Program-made: the position numbers and the translations under genes
Part shown: one piece after another, positions 23,771 to 32,000 of the stretch
Layout: the number at the start of each line of letters is the position of its first letter
Position numbering within the stretch: position 1 is the stretch's first letter
Assembly (NCBI GenBank): GCA_002716355.1
Contig: PBAU01000005.1
Location: 20,425 to 52,424, forward strand
Reading direction: 5' to 3'
DNA from: a bacterium
GTDB lineage: Bacteria; UBP7; UBA6624
DNA length: 32,000 nucleotides
Notes under the pieces: generated by a model
What the model was told of the DNA's origin: nothing
Databases searched by the model: none
The model's input: only the letters and a program-made list of their open reading frames with translations

Positions 23771-25267
23771 GTGCCTAAAATTAAAGATATGGCTTCTCAC
23801 TTACCAATTCTTAGCGTTACACAAATGCGAGAGCTTGATAAAAGGACTGTTGTTGAAGACATACCGCTTTTAACATTGATGGAAAATGCAGGAAGGTCTG
23901 CATTTGAGTTTTATCTTGAAAAATGGGATGATAGCCCAATGCATCTAATGATTGGAAAAGGCCATAATGGTGCTGATGGAATAGTTATGGCAAGATGGGC
24001 AGCAGTCCATGGAGTCAACGCAACCCTCTATGGTCAAAAAGATGAATTGGGAGAGATTGCAAAAATACAATTAAGGCTTGCTGAAAAAGAAGGTGTCAAG
24101 TGGTCAAAAAAAGACCCTGAAAACCTAAGTGACAAGAATGGTGTTGTAGTTGATTGTCTCTTGGGTACTGGAATAAAAGGAAAACCAAAAGAACCATATT
24201 CAAAATGGATATCTGCAGCAAACAAAGCAGCATTTAAAGGAAGAATGGCTTTAGATAGTCCAAGTGGTATAAACATGGACAATGGCTCCAAAGAAGGTGT
24301 TGCTTTTCAAGCCGATCTAACTGTAACTTTCGCTTACCTTAAACCTGGATTGCTGCTAAACCCTGGAAGAAAATATTCAGGTGAAATATGTATTGCATAT
24401 ATAGGAATACCGACCAAACTTGACTTTAAACCAATGGGTTACATGCCGAATAAAGATTCAATCAAAAACATGTTGCTTGACTTTCCGAAAGATGGCCATA
24501 AAGGAATTGCTGGTAGGCTTGGGCTTTGGGCTGGAAGCAAGAAATACCCAGGTGCAGCAAGGCTTGCTATGGAGGGGGCTTTAAGAAGTGGCGTTGGTGT
24601 TGTGCATTGGATAGGCGAATCTAAAGATGCTCCACCAGAAATAGTACAAGAAACTGGACTTGCTAGCAAGATTAGAAAAATGAATGCCTGGGCGATAGGA
24701 CCAGGATTAGGAAGGAATCAAGAGGTCAAAAAAACAATAAAATCCCAACTTCAAGGAATAAAATGTCCGACTGTTGTTGATGCTGATGCACTAACTGCCT
24801 TTTCAGGAAAAAAAAATCCTGAAAAAAGGTTACAGGGTTTAGGTTCAAGCATCGGTGAAAGAATCATCACTCCTCATCATTCTGAAGCAGCTGGCCTTCT
24901 TTGCGGAGATATAAAAAAGATAGAATCAGACAGGGTGGGAGCCGCAAAAGCAATATCACAAATATCACAAGCAATAACACTTTTAAAAGGATCCCCTACA
25001 TTGATATCATCCCAAAATGAACCTATTTTTTTTATTGATTCAGGAAATGAAAATTTAGCAACTGGCGGCAGCGGTGATGTTCTTTCTGGATTGATTGGAG
25101 GGCTTCTTGCACAACAAATCAAACCATTAGAAGCAACAATAATTGGATCATGGATACATGGCAGGTCAGGAAGCATTTTGGCTGAAAAAGGAATACCGAG
25201 ACAATCAGTTTCTGCTTCAGATATTGCTGAATCTATAAAATTAGCATGGATGGAATTGAATGTATAG
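23771..25267 (+). CDS. nnr: Bifunctional NAD(P)H-hydrate repair enzyme (epimerase + ADP-dependent dehydratase)
   Basis: The YjeF_N motif GKGHNGADG is present, as are the C-terminal kinase-fold motifs AIGPGLG and GGSGDVLSG. The start is GTG at 23771 or ATG at 23789. Confidence 0.85.
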   Translation: MPKIKDMASHLPILSVTQMRELDKRTVVEDIPLLTLMENAGRSAFEFYLEKWDDSPMHLMIGKGHNGADGIVMARWAAVHGVNATLYGQKDELGEIAKIQLRLAEKEGVKWSKKDPENLSDKNGVVVDCLLGTGIKGKPKEPYSKWISAANKAAFKGRMALDSPSGINMDNGSKEGVAFQADLTVTFAYLKPGLLLNPGRKYSGEICIAYIGIPTKLDFKPMGYMPNKDSIKNMLLDFPKDGHKGIAGRLGLWAGSKKYPGAARLAMEGALRSGVGVVHWIGESKDAPPEIVQETGLASKIRKMNAWAIGPGLGRNQEVKKTIKSQLQGIKCPTVVDADALTAFSGKKNPEKRLQGLGSSIGERIITPHHSEAAGLLCGDIKKIESDRVGAAKAISQISQAITLLKGSPTLISSQNEPIFFIDSGNENLATGGSGDVLSGLIGGLLAQQIKPLEATIIGSWIHGRSGSILAEKGIPRQSVSASDIAESIKLAWMELNV

Positions 25268-26393
25268 AAGAGTCTGGTCTGAAATAAACCTTGATAACTT
25301 GAAGCATAACCTTAGAGTTTTGCAATCCCAAGCCAATAATGTCGGAATTTGGGCTGTCGTAAAGGCAGATGCTTATGGCCATGGAGCTATAGAGGTTTCG
25401 AAAGCTATACAGAAATCAAAAATACGAGGCTTGTGTGTTGCAAGCCTTGAAGAGGCCATAGAGCTTAGAGAAAATGGAATCAATATTGAAATTTTAGTCT
25501 TAGGTGAAACTATACCTGAAGGGGTTCCATTACTTCAAAGATACAAAATTACACAATGTTTATTCAGGCCAGAACACCTTGAAGGCTGGAAGGAGCAACT
25601 TGATCCAAATTTACCTGCGCCAAACATACACGTCAAAATTGACACCGGAATGCATAGATTAGGTGTTCCTCCAGCAGCATTAAAACAACTTGCAAAAGAA
25701 TTCAAAGAAACACCATTTAAGCCTACTGGTATTTTTTCTCATTTCCATGTTGCAGACACGGATCCAAAATCAACATTTAAAGCTTTAGATAAATTTAGAA
25801 GCTCATTAAAAGAATCAGACTGGATGGAAAATTTTCCTGCGTGTGAAAGGCATATTGCAAACTCTCCTGCATTCTTAAGAGGCCCCGAATACTATATGGA
25901 TTCTGTTCGAATTGGATACCTTTTATATGGATCGAAACCAACTGGAACAGATTTAAAAAATGCTCCACCAGTTCTGCCTGTCATGAGCGTTCACGCAAGA
26001 GTGATTGACAGAAAAACAATTGAAAAAAATGAAGGTTTTGGATATGGTAATATAACGAAATTCAATAAACCTAGAAGGCTTGCAATTGTTCCGATTGGTT
26101 ATGCTGATGGATATACACGAAGCTTATCTGGCTATTCTGAAGTTCTAATAAGAGGAAAAAGAGCGCCTGTTGTTGGGGCGATATCAATGGATTTCCTTTA
26201 TGCAGATATATCCCATATACCTGATGTAGAAATTGGAGACAGGGTAACAATCCTTGGAAAGCAAGGTCACGAAGAGATAACAATGATGGACTTGGCTAAA
26301 TGGGGAAAAACAATACCTTATGAAATGTTATGTTCATTTGGCAAACGACCTCCTAGACAATTCAAAAGTACGGAAAGCAAGTTAACAATTTGA
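25260..26393 (+). CDS. alr: Alanine racemase
   Basis: The PLP-lysine motif AVVKADAYGHGA is present, along with the downstream SHF, GYADGY and ISMD motifs. It overlaps nnr by 8 nt. Confidence 0.9.
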   Translation: MYRRVWSEINLDNLKHNLRVLQSQANNVGIWAVVKADAYGHGAIEVSKAIQKSKIRGLCVASLEEAIELRENGINIEILVLGETIPEGVPLLQRYKITQCLFRPEHLEGWKEQLDPNLPAPNIHVKIDTGMHRLGVPPAALKQLAKEFKETPFKPTGIFSHFHVADTDPKSTFKALDKFRSSLKESDWMENFPACERHIANSPAFLRGPEYYMDSVRIGYLLYGSKPTGTDLKNAPPVLPVMSVHARVIDRKTIEKNEGFGYGNITKFNKPRRLAIVPIGYADGYTRSLSGYSEVLIRGKRAPVVGAISMDFLYADISHIPDVEIGDRVTILGKQGHEEITMMDLAKWGKTIPYEMLCSFGKRPPRQFKSTESKLTI

Positions 26394-26992
26394 TCAATAT
26401 AAAAACAAGAGACTTAAGAGGCATTGGTCATATGTCAGCAATATCTCTTCTTTTTTTACCAATAATAAAAACTGCTACTGATGCACTTTTCCTGTCATTG
26501 TTTGGTTTAATTTTGACAATATTTTGGCCAAGAATACCTTTACTAAATACCTTATATAAAAAATGGCCAGACTGGGGGATAATCTCATATCCAATATCTG
26601 TTGGGTTGTCAATTTTATTATTCATGTTGACAGCATCCTTATACGAACTGGAAAAAAACACTATTTTAGAATTTGCAAGAATCACATGTTTATGCATGGC
26701 TATATCAGATCCCATCCATGGATTCATTGGAAGAAGAATCAAAAATAAAAATAAAAAAAATTACCACGGAATTTTATTTTCAATACCGATTTTGATACTT
26801 GTTGCAAATTTGTGGATAAAGGACACATCAATAAATTGGTACTGGGTTGACTTTCAGCACAACCCTATTGCATCATCTGTTCCATTTATTGTCGGTACAA
26901 CAACTGAATTATGGTGGAAATGGGTTTCAGATAATATTGGTATGGTTTTTATGACGTGGCTTACGTTCACTATCATGTTCTACTTTATATAA
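26390..26992 (+). CDS. Polytopic membrane protein, unknown function (weak resemblance to the CTP-dependent polyprenol kinase / cytidylyltransferase family)
   Basis: It has 5-6 hydrophobic helices. ISDPIHGFIGRR loosely resembles the GD..A..(V/I)G(R/K) motif of that family. The start is TTG in a TTGA overlap with the alr stop, or ATG at 26432. Confidence 0.4.
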   Translation: MINIKTRDLRGIGHMSAISLLFLPIIKTATDALFLSLFGLILTIFWPRIPLLNTLYKKWPDWGIISYPISVGLSILLFMLTASLYELEKNTILEFARITCLCMAISDPIHGFIGRRIKNKNKKNYHGILFSIPILILVANLWIKDTSINWYWVDFQHNPIASSVPFIVGTTTELWWKWVSDNIGMVFMTWLTFTIMFYFI

Positions 26993-27014
26993 TTCTTTCC
27001 CGGTTGTAGAAAAA

Positions 27015-27740
27015 ATGAGTGAAACAGTGTTTAAAGAAACGGTTCTTGAGCTTAAAAACCTTAATGTCGGTTATGTTTCAAAAAAACCAATACTAGAAAA
27101 CATCAATCTTGAAATTGAAAAAGGTGAAATAGTAGCATTTGTTGGACCTTCAGGCGCAGGTAAAACAACACTTATCAAAACAATAGCATCAATAATCCCT
27201 CAAATATCTGGTGAAATCTGCATACTTGGAGAATGCTGTGCTGACTGTCTTCCTTCTGGTAATATTGGATACATACCTCAAAGACTTGGTCTTGTAAACA
27301 ATAAAACTGTTATTGAAAATGTTATTTTTGGAAAATTCCATAAAATGAATTTTCTAGATGTGTTTCTATCAAACCCAAATGAAAAAATAATCAAAGAAGC
27401 AATGGATATACTCGAATCACTTGAAATGAAAGAAAAAGCAAATGAGCAAGTTAAATTCCTTTCTGGAGGCGAGAGGAAAAGAGTTGCAGTTGCAAGAACC
27501 CTTCTTCAAAAACCAAAAATAATCCTTGCAGATGAATTTTTAGGTGAGCTTGATGATGAAACATCAATAAGTGTTGGTTTCAAGATGTTCAATTATGTAA
27601 AAAAGAATGGATCAAGCATTATTTTTATAGATCACAATCCAGCAAGAGCCATGGGTGTGTCTGACAAAATTTTTAAAGTTTGCGAAAAGAAGGTTGTCAA
27701 ACTTGACAAAAAAGAACAAAATGTTGAAGTTGCAAGATGA
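27015..27740 (+). CDS. phnC: ABC transporter ATP-binding protein, PhnC-like by pairing with PhnE-like permease
   Basis: Walker A (GPSGAGKTT), Q-loop (IPQR), signature (LSGGERKRVAVAR), Walker B (ILADEF) and H-loop (FIDHN) are all present. There is an unusual Cys-rich segment, CILGECCADC. Confidence 0.65.
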   Translation: MSETVFKETVLELKNLNVGYVSKKPILENINLEIEKGEIVAFVGPSGAGKTTLIKTIASIIPQISGEICILGECCADCLPSGNIGYIPQRLGLVNNKTVIENVIFGKFHKMNFLDVFLSNPNEKIIKEAMDILESLEMKEKANEQVKFLSGGERKRVAVARTLLQKPKIILADEFLGELDDETSISVGFKMFNYVKKNGSSIIFIDHNPARAMGVSDKIFKVCEKKVVKLDKKEQNVEVAR

Positions 27741-28558
27741 CAGAAAAAAACAAAACTAAACTTAGCCTTGTTGTAGCAGTCTTTATCTTGTTTATATTCT
27801 CAAACAATCTAAACCTTGATGCTGGATCAATTATTGACGGAGGCAGGAATTCAAAAGATTTTATTCAAGAAGCTTTGCCTTTGGATATGAATGTTTTTAA
27901 TGCTCAACCATACCCTGAATGTGAAAAGAAAATTCCATTTTTCTGCAGTATTGCCTGGCTAGGTCTTTCAGAAACATTCCAAATGGCATACATTGCAACA
28001 ATATTAGGATTCCTTCTTGCAATTCCATTTTCAGTTGTTGCATCTTCTAATTTAAATTTTGGAAAATTTAAATTTGTATCAAGGTCAATGCTTTCATTTA
28101 TACGTGTTTTACCAAGTTTAGTATGGGCAATTTTCTTTGTTGTTGCTGTTGGCTTGGGGCCACTTGCAGGAGTCCTTGCAATGACCATTTACACTATTGG
28201 CTTTCTTGGAAAATTACAATACGAAGCGTTTGAAGGTGTAAGCAATCATCCTATTGAAAGTGCAAAAGCAATTGGAATGAAAAAATGGCAAATAGTTAAT
28301 CATGTTGTTTTTCCAGAATCAGCAAACAATCTCATGTCACAACTTCTATTCATGCTTGAATACAACATGAGGCATGGTGCAATTATCGGACTGGTTGGAG
28401 CTGGAGGGATCGGATATTATCTAAATCTATATTTAAAACTCGGTATTTACGACAGGGTTATGTCGATACTAATGATTATGTTTGTGAGCGTTATGCTTAT
28501 TGACTCAATCAGCAACGCTTTAAGAAAAAAATATTTCAACGAAACAAATAAAAGTTAA
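27737..28558 (+). CDS. phnE: Phosphonate-type ABC transporter permease (PhnE family)
   Basis: LSETFQMAYIATILGFLLAIPFSVVASSN, IRVLPSLVWAIFFVVAVGLGPLAGVLAM, the EAA-like ESAKAIGMKKWQIVNHVVFPE and LEYNMRHGAIIGLVGAGGIGYYL together match the PhnE pattern. It overlaps the ATPase gene by 4 nt. Confidence 0.75.
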   Translation: MTEKNKTKLSLVVAVFILFIFSNNLNLDAGSIIDGGRNSKDFIQEALPLDMNVFNAQPYPECEKKIPFFCSIAWLGLSETFQMAYIATILGFLLAIPFSVVASSNLNFGKFKFVSRSMLSFIRVLPSLVWAIFFVVAVGLGPLAGVLAMTIYTIGFLGKLQYEAFEGVSNHPIESAKAIGMKKWQIVNHVVFPESANNLMSQLLFMLEYNMRHGAIIGLVGAGGIGYYLNLYLKLGIYDRVMSILMIMFVSVMLIDSISNALRKKYFNETNKS

Positions 28559-28561
28559 GAA

Positions 28562-29089
28562 CTATATGAGGAATTTATCTAACTTTTTTTTAATAACAAT
28601 CTGACAATATGGTTGATTTTTGTTCAATTCATAATAATTCTGGTGATAATCTTCAGCTTTGTAAAAATCACTTAAAGGCTCTATCGTTGTAACAATTGGA
28701 TCACTAAAAACCTTTTTTTCTTCAAGAGATTCAATGAATTTTTCAGAAATCTTCTTTTGGTCTTCGCTTGCATAAAATATTACAGATCGATACTGCGTTC
28801 CAACATCTGCTCCCTGGCGATTTAGTGTCGTTGGGTCATGCGTCTCAAAAAAAATTCTCAAAAGATCTTGAAACGAGATTTCTTTTGAATCGAAAGACAC
28901 TTTGCACACTTCAGCATGGCTAGTTGAACCTGAGCAAACAGCCTTATAGTTAGCATTCTCTGAAGAGTCGCCAGAATAACCCGAAACAACACTTTTTACT
29001 CCCTGAACTTTTAAAAAAATAGCTTCCACACACCAGAAACAACCTGCACCGAAAACAGCAGATTCAAGCTTGTTTTGATCCATCACCAA
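28562..29089 (-). CDS. msrA: Peptide-methionine (S)-S-oxide reductase
   Basis: GAGCFWCVEAIF, GYSGD, HAEV and DPTTLNRQGADVGTQYRS. Confidence 0.9.
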   Translation of the reverse strand: MVMDQNKLESAVFGAGCFWCVEAIFLKVQGVKSVVSGYSGDSSENANYKAVCSGSTSHAEVCKVSFDSKEISFQDLLRIFFETHDPTTLNRQGADVGTQYRSVIFYASEDQKKISEKFIESLEEKKVFSDPIVTTIEPLSDFYKAEDYHQNYYELNKNQPYCQIVIKKKLDKFLI

Positions 29090-30054
29090 TACCTGCTTTG
29101 ATATTTGTTATAGAAATCAAACGTATTCCTCAACCCTTCATCGATAGCCAGAGATGGTTTCCAATCAAGCAATTTTCTAGAATGTGAATCATCTGATATA
29201 AAGTCACCCACTTCTATTGATTTTCTATCTTCAGGCCATTCCACACTTACAACTTTGCTTAAACCAACTATGTTCACAATTTTTTCAGACATTTCAGCAA
29301 ATGATATTCTTTCTGCCGCTCCTAAATTCAATATTTCACCATTAACTTTCAAAGGGTCGATACTACACAATTTAGTGAAAGCGTTGGTTATGTCACCTAT
29401 CCATGCATATTCGCGCAATTGCTCACCCTTACCATAAACAGTTAAATCTTTACCATCCATTGCAAGTCTTAAAAACCAATTTAATATACCCCATTTTGAA
29501 TGTTTCATTTGATGCCTTGGGCCATAAGCATTAGTAAACCTAACAGAGCAAGCATTTATGTTATTTGTTCTTGAAAGAACCAATGAATACTGTTCGCCGG
29601 CTGTTTTATTCACTCCATATATATCTGTTGGATGCAAAGCTGTATCTTTTGTTGCTGGAGGGTTAAGGACCTTGCCATACTGTCCTCTTGTACCACCATA
29701 AATAAATAACGATCCAGGACAATTGTCCTTAAAGGAGTAAAGAAGCCTTAAGGTCCCCAGTGCGTTATGGTTAAAATCATTCTCAGGATCAATCATTGAA
29801 TCAATATGGCTAACATGGCCAGCCAAATGCACAACCACATCCTGATCTTTTAATAAAGATTGGTATTTTTCAGGCTTGCGAATATCAGCTTTTAAAAATT
29901 CACCTTTGAATCCATCTAAGTTAAAAAGATTTGCTCCTGAACCCTCTATCAAACCGTCAATCACACTTACACTAAAACCTTTTGATTCAAGATCTAAAGC
30001 AAGATTGCTTCCTACAAACCCAGCTCCACCAGTAACAAGAACCTTTCTTGACAT
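29083..30054 (-). CDS. NAD-dependent sugar-nucleotide epimerase/dehydratase (extended SDR)
   Basis: The Rossmann motif VTGGAGFVGSNL and the catalytic YGVNK (YxxxK) are present. It lies adjacent to a sugar-1-phosphate nucleotidyltransferase gene. Confidence 0.8.
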   Translation of the reverse strand: MSRKVLVTGGAGFVGSNLALDLESKGFSVSVIDGLIEGSGANLFNLDGFKGEFLKADIRKPEKYQSLLKDQDVVVHLAGHVSHIDSMIDPENDFNHNALGTLRLLYSFKDNCPGSLFIYGGTRGQYGKVLNPPATKDTALHPTDIYGVNKTAGEQYSLVLSRTNNINACSVRFTNAYGPRHQMKHSKWGILNWFLRLAMDGKDLTVYGKGEQLREYAWIGDITNAFTKLCSIDPLKVNGEILNLGAAERISFAEMSEKIVNIVGLSKVVSVEWPEDRKSIEVGDFISDDSHSRKLLDWKPSLAIDEGLRNTFDFYNKYQSRYW

Positions 30055-31113
30055 TTAATCAGGAACCTCAAGAACAGACCTGTCTCCAAGAACTACATTT
30101 AACCTTGTATCAATATTTCCCTTTACAGTACATCCTTCACCTATCAAACAATTTGACATAGGGTACGAAACTGCAGAAAGAATACAGTTATCCATAATTA
30201 TTGAATTTCCAATATCAACTGTGTTTATACGACAATTTTTGCCAATGCTTGTCCCAGCACTAATATTGGAATTTTTAACTATTGAATTTTTTCCTATGTA
30301 GACAGGTCCTTCAATATATGAATTTTCAATCTTAGCTCCCTTTTCGACAATAACTTTTCCAGTAATTCGACCACCAGAAACAACACCATCGACTTTTGTT
30401 TGAACATCTTCCAATAACAATTTATTTGCCTCTATTAAATCTTCAGGCAATCCAGTGTCCTTCCACCAACCATCAACTCTCATATGGTGAACTTTTACAG
30501 AATCATCAATAAGACCTTGGATAGCATCAGTTATCTCATACTCACCCCTGTTGGAAGGTTTTAAATTTTCGATTATTTTATGAATTTTATTATTGAAAAA
30601 ATATATACCAACAAGTGCAAGGTCAGAAGGTGGATTTTTTGGTTTTTCAATCATGCCAACAAGTTTTTCACCTTCAAAAATAGCAACACCAAACTGCTGT
30701 GGCTTGTCAACCTTTGAAAGAAGAACCATTGATTCCATGTTTTTAGAATGAAATTCATCTGCGTATTTCTTAATACCGCCCTTTAAAACATTATCCCCTA
30801 AAAACAAAAGGAAAGGATCATCCCCAAGCAACGGCCTTGCTGTTGCAACAGCATGGGCAAGACCCAAAGGCTGATCTTGAACAACGTATTCTAGATTCAT
30901 GGAACCCCAAGAAGATCCACAAGATTCTCTTACCAAATCACCTGTTTCTGGAGAGATAAGAATAACAGTTTCTCTTATGCCTGCAACCTCTAAAGAATCC
31001 AATATGTGATGAAGTATAGGGGCTCCCACGATAGGAAGCAATTGTTTAGCTCTAGTGTGGGTTAAAGGCCTTAGCCTGGTCCCACTACCTCCAGATAGAA
31101 TCAACCCTTTCAT
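30055..31113 (-). CDS. Long-form glucose-1-phosphate thymidylyl/uridylyl-transferase with C-terminal left-handed beta-helix domain
   Basis: LSGGSGTRLRPLTHTRAKQLLPI, the nucleotidyltransferase core (GDN..., EKP) and C-terminal hexapeptide repeats. Confidence 0.8.
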   Translation of the reverse strand: MKGLILSGGSGTRLRPLTHTRAKQLLPIVGAPILHHILDSLEVAGIRETVILISPETGDLVRESCGSSWGSMNLEYVVQDQPLGLAHAVATARPLLGDDPFLLFLGDNVLKGGIKKYADEFHSKNMESMVLLSKVDKPQQFGVAIFEGEKLVGMIEKPKNPPSDLALVGIYFFNNKIHKIIENLKPSNRGEYEITDAIQGLIDDSVKVHHMRVDGWWKDTGLPEDLIEANKLLLEDVQTKVDGVVSGGRITGKVIVEKGAKIENSYIEGPVYIGKNSIVKNSNISAGTSIGKNCRINTVDIGNSIIMDNCILSAVSYPMSNCLIGEGCTVKGNIDTRLNVVLGDRSVLEVPD

Positions 31114-31140
31114 AACAGGTTTTAAGAAAAGATCGTATTG

Positions 31141-31998
31141 TTAAGGCTTTCCAAATGTTTCAAATAATTCAACAAGTTCATCTTCTTCTTCATAGTCAAA
31201 ATAGCTATTTATACCAACTGCAAACCCAAAAGTAAACATTGTTTCATCAGTTCTGAAAGCATCATTATCACAACCTGTCAAATTAACAGTACAGCCATAA
31301 CTTTCTAAAGTTGTTGCACCAAGGCTTATCCATAAAGGATTATCGGGGCTTGTTTGCCACCATAACGCAACACTTTGTCCAGGTTCCTTAGTAACAAATG
31401 CTGAAGATGCAAACTCATAATGCATTTTTAGCCTAGGGGAAAACCAAAGGCTGAAATTTCCAAAAACTGAAGCCTCTGTAGCATCAAACTCATCAGCACC
31501 AATACTGACACCTAAATTAAAATCACCTCTAGAGTAAGGGGATTGAGCAACAAGGAAACCACCCCATTCTTCAAAATTCCCATGAGAAGCTGTCCAACCC
31601 ATGGTTCCACCCATAGAGATTCTCCCAAAAAATGAATCTGGATTGTTACGTAATGATTTCTTGATCGTGAACTGATGCCAATCATATCCATGAACATTCG
31701 AAGTGCTCCAACCACCTTCAAGGCCTTCACCCATCCACCAAGAGATGCCTCCTAAATGTAAAACGTCTGAATTAGCATCAGACATATTCGATGTACCCCA
31801 TCTAGAAAGATAAAAAAAGTCTGCCTCCGGTTCAGAAACCTGAGAAAAACCAATCCTGATTTCATTTTTATTAGGCATTTCTGCTGTAGGCGTTAAAAAA
31901 TAACCTGAAGAACCATTGTTCCCAGCATAATGACTAGGTAAAGCAAATAAATTGCTACTAAAAATCAAACCACAAAGTATAAATAATATTTTTTTCAT
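31141..31998 (-). CDS. Exported protein of unknown function, possibly an outer-membrane beta-barrel, with acidic C-terminal tail
   Basis: It has a signal peptide (MKKILFILCGLIFSSNLFA) and a Gly/aromatic-rich, beta-strand-like sequence. The C-terminus reads YFDYEEEDELVELFETFGKP. I recognise no family. Confidence 0.45.
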   Translation of the reverse strand: MKKILFILCGLIFSSNLFALPSHYAGNNGSSGYFLTPTAEMPNKNEIRIGFSQVSEPEADFFYLSRWGTSNMSDANSDVLHLGGISWWMGEGLEGGWSTSNVHGYDWHQFTIKKSLRNNPDSFFGRISMGGTMGWTASHGNFEEWGGFLVAQSPYSRGDFNLGVSIGADEFDATEASVFGNFSLWFSPRLKMHYEFASSAFVTKEPGQSVALWWQTSPDNPLWISLGATTLESYGCTVNLTGCDNDAFRTDETMFTFGFAVGINSYFDYEEEDELVELFETFGKP

Positions 31999-32000
31999 AA

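Noticed and set aside
10975-25267. Locally higher GC of the catabolic genes (about 45-50% in sampled lines, versus about 35% or lower in mfd) as a sign of a horizontally acquired island
   Set aside because: There is no flanking tRNA, integrase, transposase or direct repeat. The GC rise tracks conserved Gly/Ala/Pro-rich enzyme cores, and nnr shows it too. Gene packing and start/stop overlap style are identical to the housekeeping flanks. Only a computed GC and codon-usage profile could revisit this.
1-32000. Whole-window scan for CRISPR arrays, tandem or interspersed repeats, tRNA/ncRNA genes, toxin-antitoxin pairs, restriction-modification or other defence modules, and mobile elements
   Set aside because: Non-coding DNA totals only a few hundred nt, in pieces of at most 95 nt. 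I saw no repeat-spacer periodicity and nothing beyond homopolymeric A/T runs. No ORF carries nuclease, methyltransferase (other than ubiE), reverse-transcriptase, integrase or typical toxin motifs. This was a by-eye scan, so short or diverged repeats could have been missed.

Overview
This is an AT-rich (roughly mid-30s % GC by eye, not computed), extremely gene-dense chromosomal segment. It most likely comes from a diderm, probably free-living marine bacterium with a streamlined genome; the lineage cannot be fixed from sequence alone. I call 37 protein-coding genes. I see no rRNA or tRNA, no CRISPR, no transposase, integrase or phage genes, no recognisable defence genes and no transcription-factor gene. 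The left third (1-9.5 kb) is housekeeping: a Rieske fragment, ubiE, an OstA-like outer-membrane protein, folD, a yqeG-type HAD phosphatase, mltG, a TPR/NHL lipoprotein and a short mfd. The centre (9.5-23.7 kb) looks accessory. It holds two minus-strand catabolic operons for an aromatic or acyl-CoA substrate, separated by an SRPBCC gene and a plus-strand membrane-anchored M28 peptidase. Operon 1 encodes a phenylacetyl-CoA-epoxidase-like (Paa) diiron oxygenase in a non-canonical layout: paaA, the DUF59 half of paaD, two small paaB-like ORFs (one missing from the ORF track), a paaC-like gene that keeps both ExxH motifs, and a separate Zn-ribbon half of paaD. It also carries two crotonases, a PaaY-like protein, a stand-alone ALDH, a VOC protein and a GH5. 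No PaaE reductase, PaaK ligase, thiolase or regulator is present in the window. Operon 2 encodes a crotonase, an amidohydrolase_2, a 3-hydroxyacyl-CoA dehydrogenase, a tiny membrane protein, a motif-intact pterin carbinolamine dehydratase and an ALDH paralog with an N-terminal insertion. The right third holds nnr, alr, a membrane protein, a phnC/phnE-like pair with no binding-protein gene, msrA, two sugar-nucleotide genes and an exported protein. I found no clear-cut novel defence or mobile system. The best candidate for something undescribed is the rearranged, reductase-less Paa-like oxygenase module and its neighbouring operon. All family calls rest on motif recognition by eye and need profile searches to confirm.
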